Virus record (IMG/VR): IMGVR_UViG_3300037483_000299
Span: 30,090 to 94,089 of that record
Reading direction: 5' to 3' (one strand)
DNA from: a virus
Length of the DNA stretch: 64,000 nucleotides
The notes under the pieces are model-generated. The model did no database searches, was not told where the DNA came from, and saw nothing but the letters and a program-made list of their open reading frames with translations. This document shows positions 39,305 through 48,523 of the stretch, one piece after another (within the stretch, counting starts at the first letter, position 1; every line of letters begins with the position of its first letter). The position numbers and the translations under genes are program-made.

Positions 39305-40023
39305 GCGATCTACTAGATGATGCCTATACACCGTCTGAGCAGAACGTTCTAGATGACATGCGGGCCGGCATCAGTATCGCTCGCTCGCTGATGTCCGCCC
39401 GAATTGACAAAGGTTGGACTCAAGAACACCTCGCGCAGGTTGCCAAGGTGTGGCAGTCGCGAGTGTCCTCCATCGAATCTGTGCGGGGGAATCCCCGTCT
39501 CGGAACCCTCAACAAACTGGCGAATGCGTTAGGAATGACAGTGAGAATCGTACAACAGTGGGACCGCAAGCCCGGCGCCGCCCGGCCGGAGCTGAGCGAG
39601 GAAGATATTGCCGATGCTCGCGCAGCGGACGAAGCCATCGCAGAAGGTAGTTTCGAGGATTGGGAGGACGTGAAGCGAGAGCTTGGGCTGGGTGAAGCCG
39701 TGGATCACGTCGCGCCCGCCGCTGCGGGAGAGCCGAAAGGATGGTGCTCTATCTGCGGCGAGGCACATGAGGACAAGATGTTCTGGGGCGAGGGCCGTAG
39801 ATGGTGCGTCCACGAAGACTGTCTGAACAAGGCGTTTGACGAGCACCCGAACCGTGGTGCCGCGTCGGCCGAGCGGGAGGGGCTAGCGGCAGAGTTGGAG
39901 GCCGATGCCGTCTCACTCAGCTTTGCCGTGGAGCCAAGCCACACCAGCCTCACGTACTACGTTGATGCGCTCAAGCGTGCCGCCGCCGCCCTCCGCGCGC
40001 GGCCTGGGGAGAAGAAGCCGTGA
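39301..40023 (+). CDS. XRE-family HTH protein with extra modules
   Basis: R...GWTQ..LA....V.QS.VS.IE....NP.L.TL.KLA.AL. Confidence 0.75.
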   Translation: MSDLLDDAYTPSEQNVLDDMRAGISIARSLMSARIDKGWTQEHLAQVAKVWQSRVSSIESVRGNPRLGTLNKLANALGMTVRIVQQWDRKPGAARPELSEEDIADARAADEAIAEGSFEDWEDVKRELGLGEAVDHVAPAAAGEPKGWCSICGEAHEDKMFWGEGRRWCVHEDCLNKAFDEHPNRGAASAEREGLAAELEADAVSLSFAVEPSHTSLTYYVDALKRAAAALRARPGEKKP

Positions 40024-40307
40024 AATGTCCGACATGTGGTGCCGAGCATCCCCATCTGCTTGGAGAGCAGGTGGGGGAGCCCGACGGCGCGGCGCTGGTG
40101 CGGGATGTGCTACGTGGTGATGTACTCTCCGTAGAGCGGGCGGCGGAAGTGGATCATAACCCACTGGCCTCACTCGTATACGCCTACGAAGCGATTCTCA
40201 CTGAGATGCGGACCGTGGTGGGCAACAGGGCGATTGCTGAATGGGTCGGCAGGCTCGACTTTGCCAGAGACGAGTTCCTCCTAGCCACGCGCCAGAGGGG
40301 AGGGTGA
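40020..40307 (+). CDS. Hypothetical protein
   Basis: CPTCG N-terminus; coupled. Confidence 0.45.
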   Translation: MKCPTCGAEHPHLLGEQVGEPDGAALVRDVLRGDVLSVERAAEVDHNPLASLVYAYEAILTEMRTVVGNRAIAEWVGRLDFARDEFLLATRQRGG

Positions 40308-40311
40308 GCCG

Positions 40312-40527
40312 ATGACACTAGAGCAAGAGATCGCCACGGCGCTGAATCGCCACTGTGCGGAGAACGGGTCCGATACGCCGGACTTTATCCTCGCGCAATT
40401 CCTGTTGGGTTGCCTCGCGGCCTACAACGTGGCCGTCGAGCACCGAGACAAGTGGCTCGGACGTGTCCCGAAGCCGCTATCGGGTGCCGCCCGTCCTCCC
40501 GTGGCGTCCCCGGAGGAGAAGCCATGA
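40312..40527 (+). CDS. Conserved small phage protein
   Basis: LNRH..EN.SDTPDFILA.FL..CL. Confidence 0.7.
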   Translation: MTLEQEIATALNRHCAENGSDTPDFILAQFLLGCLAAYNVAVEHRDKWLGRVPKPLSGAARPPVASPEEKP

Positions 40528-40697
40528 GCGAAATCCGCCGTTGCCAAGCCCGGCTCACCGTGGATGACCTCGAATATCAATGCCTATTCGCGGTAGAGCA
40601 TGACGGCCAACACTACGCAGAATCCGCAGCGGGTCGCTTCGAGTGGGCTAATGGCCGCTTGCCTACACGTGCGGCCGGGACGGACGGCCCGCCATGA
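40524..40697 (+). CDS. Small hypothetical protein
   Basis: C...C....HDG.H; coupled. Confidence 0.45.
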   Translation: MSEIRRCQARLTVDDLEYQCLFAVEHDGQHYAESAAGRFEWANGRLPTRAAGTDGPP

Positions 40698-40876
40698 GCG
40701 CCACAGTCCGGTGTCCGAAATGTGACCACGACCACGGGGCCGATCTGTCACGATGGGATTACGCGACGTACTTCGATGTCGAATGCGAAGGCTGCGGCAT
40801 CGCCTTCGACGTGGAAGTCGAGGCCATCCCGGAGTTCCATGCCGTAGTGCGGCGCCCCGCAGGAGGGAGCCGGTGA
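40694..40876 (+). CDS. Zn-ribbon protein
   Basis: CPKC...CEGCG..F.V. Confidence 0.55.
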   Translation: MSATVRCPKCDHDHGADLSRWDYATYFDVECEGCGIAFDVEVEAIPEFHAVVRRPAGGSR

Positions 40877-41148
40877 GCCGGAAACAAGACCCCGAGCCTG
40901 AGCAGGCCGACCGCTGCGCGCTGGAAATCCTCTGCCGCGTGTTCCATGACGGGGCCGATGACGCGTTCGCGGAGTGGCGCGCGTTCGACCGGAGCGGCTG
41001 GTTTCACTGGTCCCGGGCGCTCGGAGCCTTCATCGCCCTGCGTCTGGCACGGGAGCCCGCCTATCAGGCCGGTGTGCGTGAGGGGTTGCAGCAGGCCATC
41101 CGGCTCATCAACGGCGCGCAGCAGCCGACTCCCCCGGTGTCTCGGTGA
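40873..41148 (+). CDS. Hypothetical protein
   Basis: GGAG RBS, coupled. Confidence 0.45.
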   Translation: MSRKQDPEPEQADRCALEILCRVFHDGADDAFAEWRAFDRSGWFHWSRALGAFIALRLAREPAYQAGVREGLQQAIRLINGAQQPTPPVSR

Positions 41149-41182
41149 GCCTCTCCTGGGTGCTCCCCCGGAGGGTGGGCCG

Positions 41183-41395
41183 GTGACCACCCGGACGCTG
41201 CGGCTGGATTCGGTGCCCGAGCGGTTCCTGAACCGGGACCAGCTCGCCGAGCGGCTGGGGTTGCAGGCCCGACAGGTGGCTCGGCTGGGCCTGCCGCGGT
41301 ATCCTGGGGCGCGGGGGGGCTTGTACGTGTGGGAGGAAGTGGTGGCCGAGATGCAGCGGCGGAAGGCGCAACGGGAGAACCGGAGGGCGTCGTGA
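41183..41395 (+). CDS. Excisionase-like HTH protein
   Basis: RFLNRDQLAERLGL...GLP...Y.W.EV; near integrase. Confidence 0.7.
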   Translation: MTTRTLRLDSVPERFLNRDQLAERLGLQARQVARLGLPRYPGARGGLYVWEEVVAEMQRRKAQRENRRAS

Positions 41396-41568
41396 AGGTC
41401 GCAACACGGGTGTTCTGGACGCTGGCCACGTTCGTTGGCGTGCTCCTGCTTTTCGGTATGGTGTTCGATCCTGATGAAAGGGCGCCCTGGATCGTTCTGG
41501 GTCTGGTGTCGGCCATCGCCCTTATCTCTTGGTTGTGGCGCCTCGCGGGTTGGATCGACAGGCCGTGA
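41392..41568 (+). CDS. Small 2-TM membrane protein
   Basis: Two hydrophobic helices; coupled. Confidence 0.55.
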   Translation: MKVATRVFWTLATFVGVLLLFGMVFDPDERAPWIVLGLVSAIALISWLWRLAGWIDRP

Positions 41569-42617
41569 GTGCCTGGAAGCGCGTCCCCGATGGGCCGTAC
41601 TACCTCGACTGGCAGCGACGGGGCATCGGGCGGATCTGCGTTTCCTCCGGCACGCGGCGCCTCAAGGTCTTCCGTCGCATCGAAGCGATGCTCGGGGACC
41701 TCTACGACCAGGGCCGGCTCGACGTGCTGCGGGCCATCAAAGAGCAGACGCACCCGGTCATGGTGGTCTTCGATGCGCACCGCCGGGGCCGACTCGACCT
41801 GCTCCCGCTCTCCGAATCCCTGACCCCGCTCCGGCCGGCGGTGGACGCCTGGATCGCGCGGGCGGGCGACACCGGCCGGCGCGCGGCGAACTACCGGACC
41901 GCCCTGAACCGGATGCTCCGGCACGCGGCCCGCGATCCCATCGTCCACGACCTGCCCGGCTGCGTGAAGGCGGATCGGACGGGGAGCCAGGACAGCGGCC
42001 AGGTGACCAGCCACAACCGGGCGCGCGCCGCCTGTCTCGCCTTCCTGCGGGACACGCTGGGAAAGGAGCACGCCGTCTATCGCATGGCCGTGGCGGTGCC
42101 GGCGCTGCCCCCAGCGCCCCGTGCTGACCGACCGCGCCTCTCGGTGGCCCAGGCTGAGAAGATCCGGGACCGGCTGCCTGGGGCCCTGGGTGGGGCCTGG
42201 TGGAGTCTCTGCCTCACCGGGATGATCGTCTCGGAGCTGTGGGGCGTCTGGGCCGTGCGCGCGGATCACGTCCGCATCCGGGGCACTAAGACGGGCGGCC
42301 GGGATCGGATGGTGCCCTGGGTGGCGGCGCTGGCCCGACCAGCCTGTACCCGGCGCGAGCTGTCCGCCGCCCTTACCGCGCTCGAGCTGGAGTCCTACGA
42401 CGCACGCCGGGCCTTCGCGCACTGGATGGAGGAGGCCGGCATTCCCCGTGCACGGCGGAAGGGGTACCTCGGGCACAAGCCGAGCGACACGACGGACCTC
42501 TACGAGATGGGGGACTTGAGCCGATATCTGCGGGAGGACGGGGCGAAACTCCGGGCCTACCTGGTCCGTGAGTCCCGGAAAATGTCCCAACGGACCCGGA
42601 ACCGGAGGCGGGCGTGA
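41565..42617 (+). CDS. int: Tyrosine recombinase/integrase
   Basis: TGM..SEL, GTKT, YDARR, LGH, TTDLY; adjacent tRNA-derived att core. Confidence 0.85.
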   Translation: MSAWKRVPDGPYYLDWQRRGIGRICVSSGTRRLKVFRRIEAMLGDLYDQGRLDVLRAIKEQTHPVMVVFDAHRRGRLDLLPLSESLTPLRPAVDAWIARAGDTGRRAANYRTALNRMLRHAARDPIVHDLPGCVKADRTGSQDSGQVTSHNRARAACLAFLRDTLGKEHAVYRMAVAVPALPPAPRADRPRLSVAQAEKIRDRLPGALGGAWWSLCLTGMIVSELWGVWAVRADHVRIRGTKTGGRDRMVPWVAALARPACTRRELSAALTALELESYDARRAFAHWMEEAGIPRARRKGYLGHKPSDTTDLYEMGDLSRYLREDGAKLRAYLVRESRKMSQRTRNRRRA

Positions 42618-42780
42618 AACGGGCTAAGTCGTTGTGGCGTAAGGATGCGCCGACCGGGACTCGAACCCGGAACCAACTGATTAAGAGGGAGTCGCCCACC
42701 ACACAACAGGCGGCAGGACAGGGCACGGACTACCGGAAACCGCCCGAACCGTCGCCGAAAGTCCCGCACTTTGTCCCAAC
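42571..42780 (+). repeat. Arm-type direct repeats AGTCCCG-N5-TGTCCCAAC (42571-42591 and 42760-42780) flanking the att core
   Basis: Two 21-bp copies with identical spacing. Confidence 0.7.
42646..42687 (-). other. att core: 3' half of tRNA-Lys(CTT)
   Basis: Minus strand CTCTTAATCAGTTGGTTCCGGGTTCGAGTCCCGGTCGGCGCA gives anticodon loop, T-arm and acceptor 3' strand; 5' half absent. Confidence 0.88.
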
Positions 42781-42837
42781 CGTTTCCGCCTCGCGCACGG
42801 GAAACAGGGCGAGCCGGGGCCACGCGGGAGAGAGGGC

Positions 42838-43536
42838 GTGAGCCTCACCCCCTACTACGAGGCGGACGGCATCACGATCTACCACGGAGACTGCCGGGAA
42901 ATCATGCCAGAAGTGGCGGCAGCCGACCTCGTAGTCACCGATCCTCCGTATACGTTCGGCTTGGCGTCAACGAGTGGACGCCTAGGATGGGGCGACCTGA
43001 TGAACGCAGCCACGTTCTATGCTGACATTCTGCGCTCCGTCCGGCGTCTCACGGCAACAAGGAATGGCGCGGCGTGGCTGTTCAACTCGTGGCGAACGTT
43101 CCCCGTGATCGCTCGCGCGGCGTGGGAAGCTGACTGGCCTGTAGTGTCTTTGCTGGTGTGGGACAAAGGTCCGGAGGTTGGCATGGGCGGGAAAGTCGGC
43201 CTGCGGGCACAGTATGAGTTGTGCGCGTTGTTCGCCCAAGAGGGATTCTCAATCTCGAATCGTTCAGCAAAGGACATCGTGAACGTGCCTTGGGGTGGTT
43301 CCGCGCCCCGGGAATACCACGCCGCCCAGAAGCCCGTCGGTATCATAACGCACATCCTGAGCGTCAGTCTGGACCATGCTGGGTTAGTGCTCGACCCTTT
43401 CATGGGCTCCGGCACAACGCTTATTGCCGCTCGCACCGCTGGGCTTCCGGCCATCGGCATAGAGATTGAGGAGCGGTACTGCGAGATCGCGGCGGAGCGG
43501 TTGAGCCAAGGAGTGCTCAACTTGGGGGCCGGATGA
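42838..43536 (+). CDS. DNA amino-methyltransferase (N6-A/N4-C, beta class)
   Basis: TDPPY, H..QKP, VLDPFMGSGTT. Confidence 0.92.
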   Translation: MSLTPYYEADGITIYHGDCREIMPEVAAADLVVTDPPYTFGLASTSGRLGWGDLMNAATFYADILRSVRRLTATRNGAAWLFNSWRTFPVIARAAWEADWPVVSLLVWDKGPEVGMGGKVGLRAQYELCALFAQEGFSISNRSAKDIVNVPWGGSAPREYHAAQKPVGIITHILSVSLDHAGLVLDPFMGSGTTLIAARTAGLPAIGIEIEERYCEIAAERLSQGVLNLGAG

Positions 43537-43913
43537 CTCCTCACCCCAAGCCCGCGCCCCGCGCTCCCCAGGAGCCGAAGCCCCTGAAACGTCGGTCCTG
43601 GATCGCCCGGGGGAAGCGCCCGAAGGCCCGGAAGGTCACCAAGGGGGGCCGGAACACGATGCCGGAGAAGATCGCCTGGCTCCATGAGCAGGGTTGTGCC
43701 GTCTGTGGTGCCCGGCCCGTCGAGGTCCACCACGAACGCCGCCGTGGAGGCCGAGCAGACGACCGGCAGACGATTCCCCTCTGCCCCGCCCATCACCGCA
43801 CTGATCGGAAATCCCGCCATGTGCTTGGGGGCTATGGATTTGAAGTGTGCCACGGGGTTTATCTGGACGGCCTCTGTGCGGAGTACCAGCGACGATGGGA
43901 GGACCGGTTCTGA
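43533..43913 (+). CDS. HNH-like/DUF968-type putative nuclease
   Basis: CAVC..VEVHHER..DD..TIPLCP.HHR; paralog of 229-615. Confidence 0.7.
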   Translation: MTPHPKPAPRAPQEPKPLKRRSWIARGKRPKARKVTKGGRNTMPEKIAWLHEQGCAVCGARPVEVHHERRRGGRADDRQTIPLCPAHHRTDRKSRHVLGGYGFEVCHGVYLDGLCAEYQRRWEDRF

Positions 43914-44200
43914 TGGCCTTTCCTCGCACCCTCACCTGGGCGGAAGCCCAAGACTACCGGGCCCAGTACGCGGCTGGCACCGTTACCCTGCGTGGTATCT
44001 GTCAGGCGGTGGATTGGGATGTGCGGTCTGCGTGGAGACTCATCCACTGGCAGACCTACAAGAACCCCACTAGCACACCAGAACCCGAGTTCCGTTACTC
44101 GCCCGTCCTCACCAAATGTCCAGAACATGGTGTCCAGCTTGAAGTCCGGTTCAGCCTAATCGGGGAAACCATCGGTGTCTGTCCGCTCTGCTTCCCATAG
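43913..44200 (+). CDS. Small HTH plus Zn-ribbon protein (possible late regulator)
   Basis: HTH-like N-half, CPEH...CPLC; upstream of TerS. Confidence 0.5.
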   Translation: MAFPRTLTWAEAQDYRAQYAAGTVTLRGICQAVDWDVRSAWRLIHWQTYKNPTSTPEPEFRYSPVLTKCPEHGVQLEVRFSLIGETIGVCPLCFP

Positions 44201-44210
44201 GTCAACACCG

Positions 44211-44229
44211 TAGCGCAGGAACGTCAACA
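44211..44229 (+). promoter_or_regulatory. TAGCGC-N3-AACGTCAACA motif upstream of TerS
   Basis: Repeated at 63940-63958; core repeated at 60415-60436. Confidence 0.6.
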
Positions 44230-44247
44230 TCGGCCCTATTCCCCTGC

Positions 44248-44685
44248 ATGGGCCGTCCCCGCAAAGAGCTGACAGGTGAGCAGGTCGAGCAAGTCGAGAA
44301 GATGGCCGGCCATGGCCTGACCCTCGACCAGATCGCGGATTGCTTGAACATCGGCGAGCGCACCCTTGAACGGCGCTTCTCCGAGGACACTGTGGTTCTG
44401 GCGGCCTATAAGAGGGGTAAGGCTGTTGCCATCAATGCAGTAGCGAAAACGGTCTATCAAAAAGCCGTTGCCGGCGAGGGCGCCTTCCCGTTCTTCTACC
44501 TCAAGACCCAAGCCGGTTGGCGCGAAACGAACCGCATGGAGGTAACCGGTGCCGATGGCGGCCCCGTTCAGCAGCACGTTACGACCGACAGTCCCCGGGA
44601 GTGGATCGAAGGCGAGTTGGCTCGCATCGCTGCCCGCCAAACAACGGTCCCGCATTCTCAGTCGGGTAACGGACGAGGCGCTTGA
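44248..44685 (+). CDS. terS: Terminase small subunit
   Basis: GRP...GLT..QIA..L.I...TL, FYLKT.AGW.ET...E.TG.DGGP. Confidence 0.85.
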   Translation: MGRPRKELTGEQVEQVEKMAGHGLTLDQIADCLNIGERTLERRFSEDTVVLAAYKRGKAVAINAVAKTVYQKAVAGEGAFPFFYLKTQAGWRETNRMEVTGADGGPVQQHVTTDSPREWIEGELARIAARQTTVPHSQSGNGRGA

Positions 44686-45943
44686 TGCCCTCCGGTGGGA
44701 TTGGCGATTCTGGGCTCGTCCTAACCAACTGGAACCCCCGGGCGACTGGGCTCTCTGGCTTCAGATGGCCGGCCGCGGCTTTGGGAAGACCCGCACTGGC
44801 TCGGAATGGATCAGCGAGCGGGTCGAGACGGGGAAGATGCGGTCGGGGCTCCTCATCGGAAAGAACCCGCGCGACGTGCGGGACTACATGCTGTACGGGG
44901 AATCGGGGCTCCTGAGTGTCGGTCCTCTGGAGAAGCGTCCTACCTACGAGCCCTCGAAACTCCTGCTCACTTGGCCCAACGGGGCCCAGGCCATCGTCCG
45001 CTCGGGGGAAGACAAAGACGTGCGGGGCCCGAACCTGGATACGGCATGGTTCGATGAGATGGCGGCCTGGCAGTACCCGCGGGAGACCTTTGAGATCGCC
45101 ATGCTGGGGCTCCGAGCAGTCCGGCATGGGACAGCGACCCAGGCTGGTGTTCGGTGTCTGGTCACGACAACCCCGAAGCCGATTGGTATCCTCAAGGAAC
45201 TGGTCTCGGCTTCCTATGTCGTGGTTACGGGCGGCACGACCTACGAGAACCTGGTCAACCTGGACGAGCAGTTTCAGCGGCTCGTGGTGGCGAAGTATGA
45301 AGGCACTACACTTGGGCAACAGGAACTCTACGCCCTGCTGTTGGAGGAAGCCGAAGGGGCGCTATGGACGCGCGAGCTACTGAATCGCACACGGGTTCGG
45401 GAAATGCCGTGCGAAGCCAAGCGTACGGTGATTGCGGTCGATCCGGCCATCTCCAAGAAGCAGGAATCCAACGAGACGGGCATTATCGCGGTGAGTCGGG
45501 GGACAGATGACCACGGCTACACTCGGGCGGATCGGTCCGGACGGTTCTCCCCTGAGGGGTGGGCGCGCCGCGTGGTACAAGCCTATGAGGACTTCAACGC
45601 GGATCGCGTGGTGGCGGAAGCGAATCAGGGTGGTGACATGGTAGAGCATACGCTTCGCACCGTGGCCCCGAACATCCCCGTCCGATTGGTTCATGCCTCG
45701 GATGGGAAGCGGACCAGGGCTGAGCCCGTGGTATCCCTGTTTGAGCAGGGCCGCGCCCACCATGTCGGGCTGTTTGAGGAGTTGGAGGATCAGTTATGCA
45801 CCTGGGAACCCTTGGGCGATATGCCAAGCCCTGACCGCCTGGATGCGGAAGTCTGGGGCTACACTGAACTATTCCCAGTGAAGCCCGTGGTTCATGCCTC
45901 CCCGGGTGGGGTGTCCCAGAAGAACCCGTGGGCCATCGCATGA
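44549..45943 (+). CDS. terL: Terminase large subunit
   Basis: AGRGFGKTR, RGP, WFDE, TTTP, VDP, E.NQGG, SPDRLDA. Confidence 0.93.
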   Translation: MPMAAPFSSTLRPTVPGSGSKASWLASLPAKQRSRILSRVTDEALDALRWDWRFWARPNQLEPPGDWALWLQMAGRGFGKTRTGSEWISERVETGKMRSGLLIGKNPRDVRDYMLYGESGLLSVGPLEKRPTYEPSKLLLTWPNGAQAIVRSGEDKDVRGPNLDTAWFDEMAAWQYPRETFEIAMLGLRAVRHGTATQAGVRCLVTTTPKPIGILKELVSASYVVVTGGTTYENLVNLDEQFQRLVVAKYEGTTLGQQELYALLLEEAEGALWTRELLNRTRVREMPCEAKRTVIAVDPAISKKQESNETGIIAVSRGTDDHGYTRADRSGRFSPEGWARRVVQAYEDFNADRVVAEANQGGDMVEHTLRTVAPNIPVRLVHASDGKRTRAEPVVSLFEQGRAHHVGLFEELEDQLCTWEPLGDMPSPDRLDAEVWGYTELFPVKPVVHASPGGVSQKNPWAIA

Positions 45944-47667
45944 CCCACATGACCCGCAAGGCCGATCCCGGGTTCGCCGGTCAGCTCGCGGCCTTGGCCG
46001 GCGGTCGGCTTGCCCCTATCGCCCGCATCGGGCCGATGGTCGAACTGGGCACCACGGGCTTGCGGCGGACTGGTGGGTTCATCTCCGAGGAACGGTTGCC
46101 CCAACTCTCTGGGGACAAGGCCCTCGCCGTCTACCGGGAGATGCGGGACAACAGCTCTGCCGTTGGGGCGCTGCTATTTGTCCTTGAGATGCTGGCCCGC
46201 GGAACCGGCAAGCGCGTTGAGGCGGGTGGGGAGTCGAACGCTGACAACCAAGCTAAGGAACTGATCCTTTCCAGCCTGGACGATATGTCCATGTCCTGGC
46301 CCGACACGCTCTCGGAGATCCTGTCGTGTGCGGTCTATGGATTCAGCTACCATGAACTCGTCTACAAGGTCCGCCAGGGGCAGCAGTCGGAGCCTGGGAA
46401 GTCCAGTCACCATGATGACGGGTTCTTGTCGTGGCGGAAATGGCCGATCCGCGCGCAAGAGACGCGGTGGCGTTGGGAGTTCGCCGACGATGGCGGGCTG
46501 TCCGGCATGCACCAGCTCGATCCGGCCACGGGCACCTATGCCTTCATCCCACTGGATAAGGCGCTCCTCTTTCGCCTGTTCGCGTACAAGAACAACCCCG
46601 AAGGCCGCAGCTTACTGCGGAATGCCTACCGGCCGTGGTTCTTCCTCAAGCGGATTCAGGAGTACGAGGCCATCGGGATTGAGCGGGATCTGGCCGGCTT
46701 GCCGGTCATGCGGATACCGGCGCAGGTCATGTCCGATGATACCCAGATGGAGAAGTGGAAGAAGCTCGTTGCCGACATCAAGCGGAATGAGCAAGCGGGC
46801 GTGGTCATTCCCTCGGACATGTACGGCGATACCGATAAGCCGCAGTACGAGTTGACCCTGCTTACGAGTGGGGGCGAGCGGCAAGTCCCCACCGATCCGG
46901 TAGTCAAGCGGTACGAGTCCGACATCCTCAAGACGGCCATTGCGGACTTCATCCAGTTGGGCAACCAGGAAGTGGGCGCCCGGTCGCTGGGCGATACCAA
47001 GGCGCAGCTCTTTGCCACCTCCGTCAACGCGCTGTTGGACAGTGTGGCCGGCGTCATCAACCGCCATGCGATTCCCCGGGTCATGGCGCTCAATGGCCTC
47101 GCCGTAGAACAGCCGCCGCACCTCGTCTTTGACGATGTAGAGTTCGAGGATGTAGTGGGATGGGCCGAAGCCGTCGCCAAGATGACGGGGGCAGGCATGC
47201 CACTCTTTCCTGATCCCGTGGTGGAAAACGTGGTGCGAAGTAAACTCGACTTCCCCGAATTGACGGAAGACGAGATCGAGCAACGGAAGATCGAGGACGA
47301 GCAGCGGGCCCAGGAACAAGAGGCGATGGACCGTGAGGCGGCCAAGACGGAACTCGATGGCGCGCGTGCGGAGATGGAACGCACGGGGGCCGATGCGGAG
47401 CGGATGCGGGCAGAAGCCCGCCGACCCACCAAGACGGAGAAGGCGGTCATGATCCATACCGGCATGATGGATATGCCCACGGCTATCAAGGAACTCAAGC
47501 AGGCAATTGCGCTCCATGAGCAACACCTTGAGGGCACCGCGCCCACCACGGGGACCGCCGGGCGGCGGTCGCAACTGCGGATGATGCGGATGATGGAGCG
47601 GGCGTTGACGGCGTTGGGCGTCCCGGATGAGGACGAAGACGGGGAAGGAAAAAAGGGGATGCCATGA
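45940..47667 (+). CDS. Portal protein (DUF935/Mu gp29-like)
   Basis: ELG.TGL, YGFS.HE.VY, NPEGRSLLRNAYRPW, GIERDLAGLP. Confidence 0.88.
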   Translation: MTHMTRKADPGFAGQLAALAGGRLAPIARIGPMVELGTTGLRRTGGFISEERLPQLSGDKALAVYREMRDNSSAVGALLFVLEMLARGTGKRVEAGGESNADNQAKELILSSLDDMSMSWPDTLSEILSCAVYGFSYHELVYKVRQGQQSEPGKSSHHDDGFLSWRKWPIRAQETRWRWEFADDGGLSGMHQLDPATGTYAFIPLDKALLFRLFAYKNNPEGRSLLRNAYRPWFFLKRIQEYEAIGIERDLAGLPVMRIPAQVMSDDTQMEKWKKLVADIKRNEQAGVVIPSDMYGDTDKPQYELTLLTSGGERQVPTDPVVKRYESDILKTAIADFIQLGNQEVGARSLGDTKAQLFATSVNALLDSVAGVINRHAIPRVMALNGLAVEQPPHLVFDDVEFEDVVGWAEAVAKMTGAGMPLFPDPVVENVVRSKLDFPELTEDEIEQRKIEDEQRAQEQEAMDREAAKTELDGARAEMERTGADAERMRAEARRPTKTEKAVMIHTGMMDMPTAIKELKQAIALHEQHLEGTAPTTGTAGRRSQLRMMRMMERALTALGVPDEDEDGEGKKGMP

Positions 47668-48002
47668 TCCCCCGCCTCGTGGCCCTCGCCCTGCTGGCCG
47701 TGGTCGTGATGATCGCGGCCGGCCCGCTGCGCCCCCTCTACCAGAAGGTGGAGGCGTGGACTTGGAAGCAGGACGAGCGGACTTGGGTGGCCCACGGGAG
47801 CATCCTGTTAATGGTGGGATTCTCTACGGCGGTGCTGATCGGGTGGTTCGGTCTCGGGTTCACCGGCTGGGGCATGGGCTGGTATGCACGGCGGGAGAAC
47901 GTGTTTACCGCCGAGCCGATGACGACGGACAACTGGATGGACTTCCTGGCCCCGCAACTCGGGGGCCTGCTGGGGTTCGCCCTGGGGCTGGTGGTCCGGT
48001 AA
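47664..48002 (+). CDS. Membrane protein, near-identical to 25036-25374
   Basis: Direct sequence match. Confidence 0.75.
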   Translation: MIPRLVALALLAVVVMIAAGPLRPLYQKVEAWTWKQDERTWVAHGSILLMVGFSTAVLIGWFGLGFTGWGMGWYARRENVFTAEPMTTDNWMDFLAPQLGGLLGFALGLVVR

Positions 48003-48205
48003 TGGTCACGGCGCTCTGGTCGCTCGCCGGGGCCATCTTGGGGACGTTGTTCCTCTACGTGACGATTGACCGCGTGCTGCGGAAGCATGGCGACCCGCGT
48101 CTCAGCCAGCGGGTCCGACGGCTGGAACAGGCGCACCGCCAACAGGAGCGGCGGCTAGAAAAGGTAGAGGGTGTCTTGCGACTGTGGCCGACGCTCCGCC
48201 CATGA
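48002..48205 (+). CDS. Single-TM protein with coiled-coil tail
   Basis: TM then RV.RLEQ...RLEKVE. Confidence 0.55.
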   Translation: MVTALWSLAGAILGTLFLYVTIDRVLRKHGDPRLSQRVRRLEQAHRQQERRLEKVEGVLRLWPTLRP

Positions 48206-48289
48206 TGGCGCTCTTGGCCGCCTTCGGGCTCACGATGGTTGGTGGCATGGTTGTCCTCTGGTATCACCTGTGGTGGAAAGGACGGTCGT

Positions 48290-48523
48290 ATGATTCAGGT
48301 CGCCCGGCCGGTCGAGTTCTGGGAGTTCGACCACGAGACGAGTACCAAGATCGTGGCGGCGTTCCTGTCGCAGGGAGCGGAAGCCCGTTTGCGTTTCACG
48401 CCCTCTATCTCCGAGCGCGGCGTGCCGATGCTGGACTGGTCGGTCCCCGGCGGCCCGCATACGGAAAGCAGCCATGAGGACCCCGGCGGTGACAACTCCA
48501 CGGTCTGTCCCCCGATTTGCTGA
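48290..48523 (+). CDS. Small protein ending DNSTVCPPIC (candidate peptide precursor)
   Basis: AAGGA RBS; motif shared with 26153-26434. Confidence 0.7.
   Translation: MIQVARPVEFWEFDHETSTKIVAAFLSQGAEARLRFTPSISERGVPMLDWSVPGGPHTESSHEDPGGDNSTVCPPIC

Larger units (their letters stand above)
229..42645 (+). mobile_element. Temperate phage/prophage unit A (podovirus-like morphogenesis, early genes, integrase)
   Basis: TerS-TerL-portal-scaffold-MCP order, ejection-like proteins, no tape measure, integrase next to att. Confidence 0.8.

Noticed and set aside
41064-42590. Long antisense ORFs (e.g. 41064-42590, 5896-7317, 20946-22355, 46656-47795)
   Set aside because: Shadow ORFs of GC-rich genes on the opposite strand, with no motifs
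42646-42720. Complete tRNA-Lys gene
   Set aside because: No D-arm, 5' acceptor strand or 5' anticodon-stem strand; only the 3' half is present, so it is called an att core
42614-42841. ORF across the att site
   Set aside because: Overlaps the att core and arm sites; no protein features
44549-44685. Programmed frameshift between TerS and TerL
   Set aside because: The 137-nt overlap is explained by a GGAGG RBS before GTG 44549; no slippery site seen
48202-48477. Extra TM ORF overlapping the peptide gene
   Set aside because: About 190-nt out-of-frame overlap with the better-supported 48290 gene; only its 5' part looks coding
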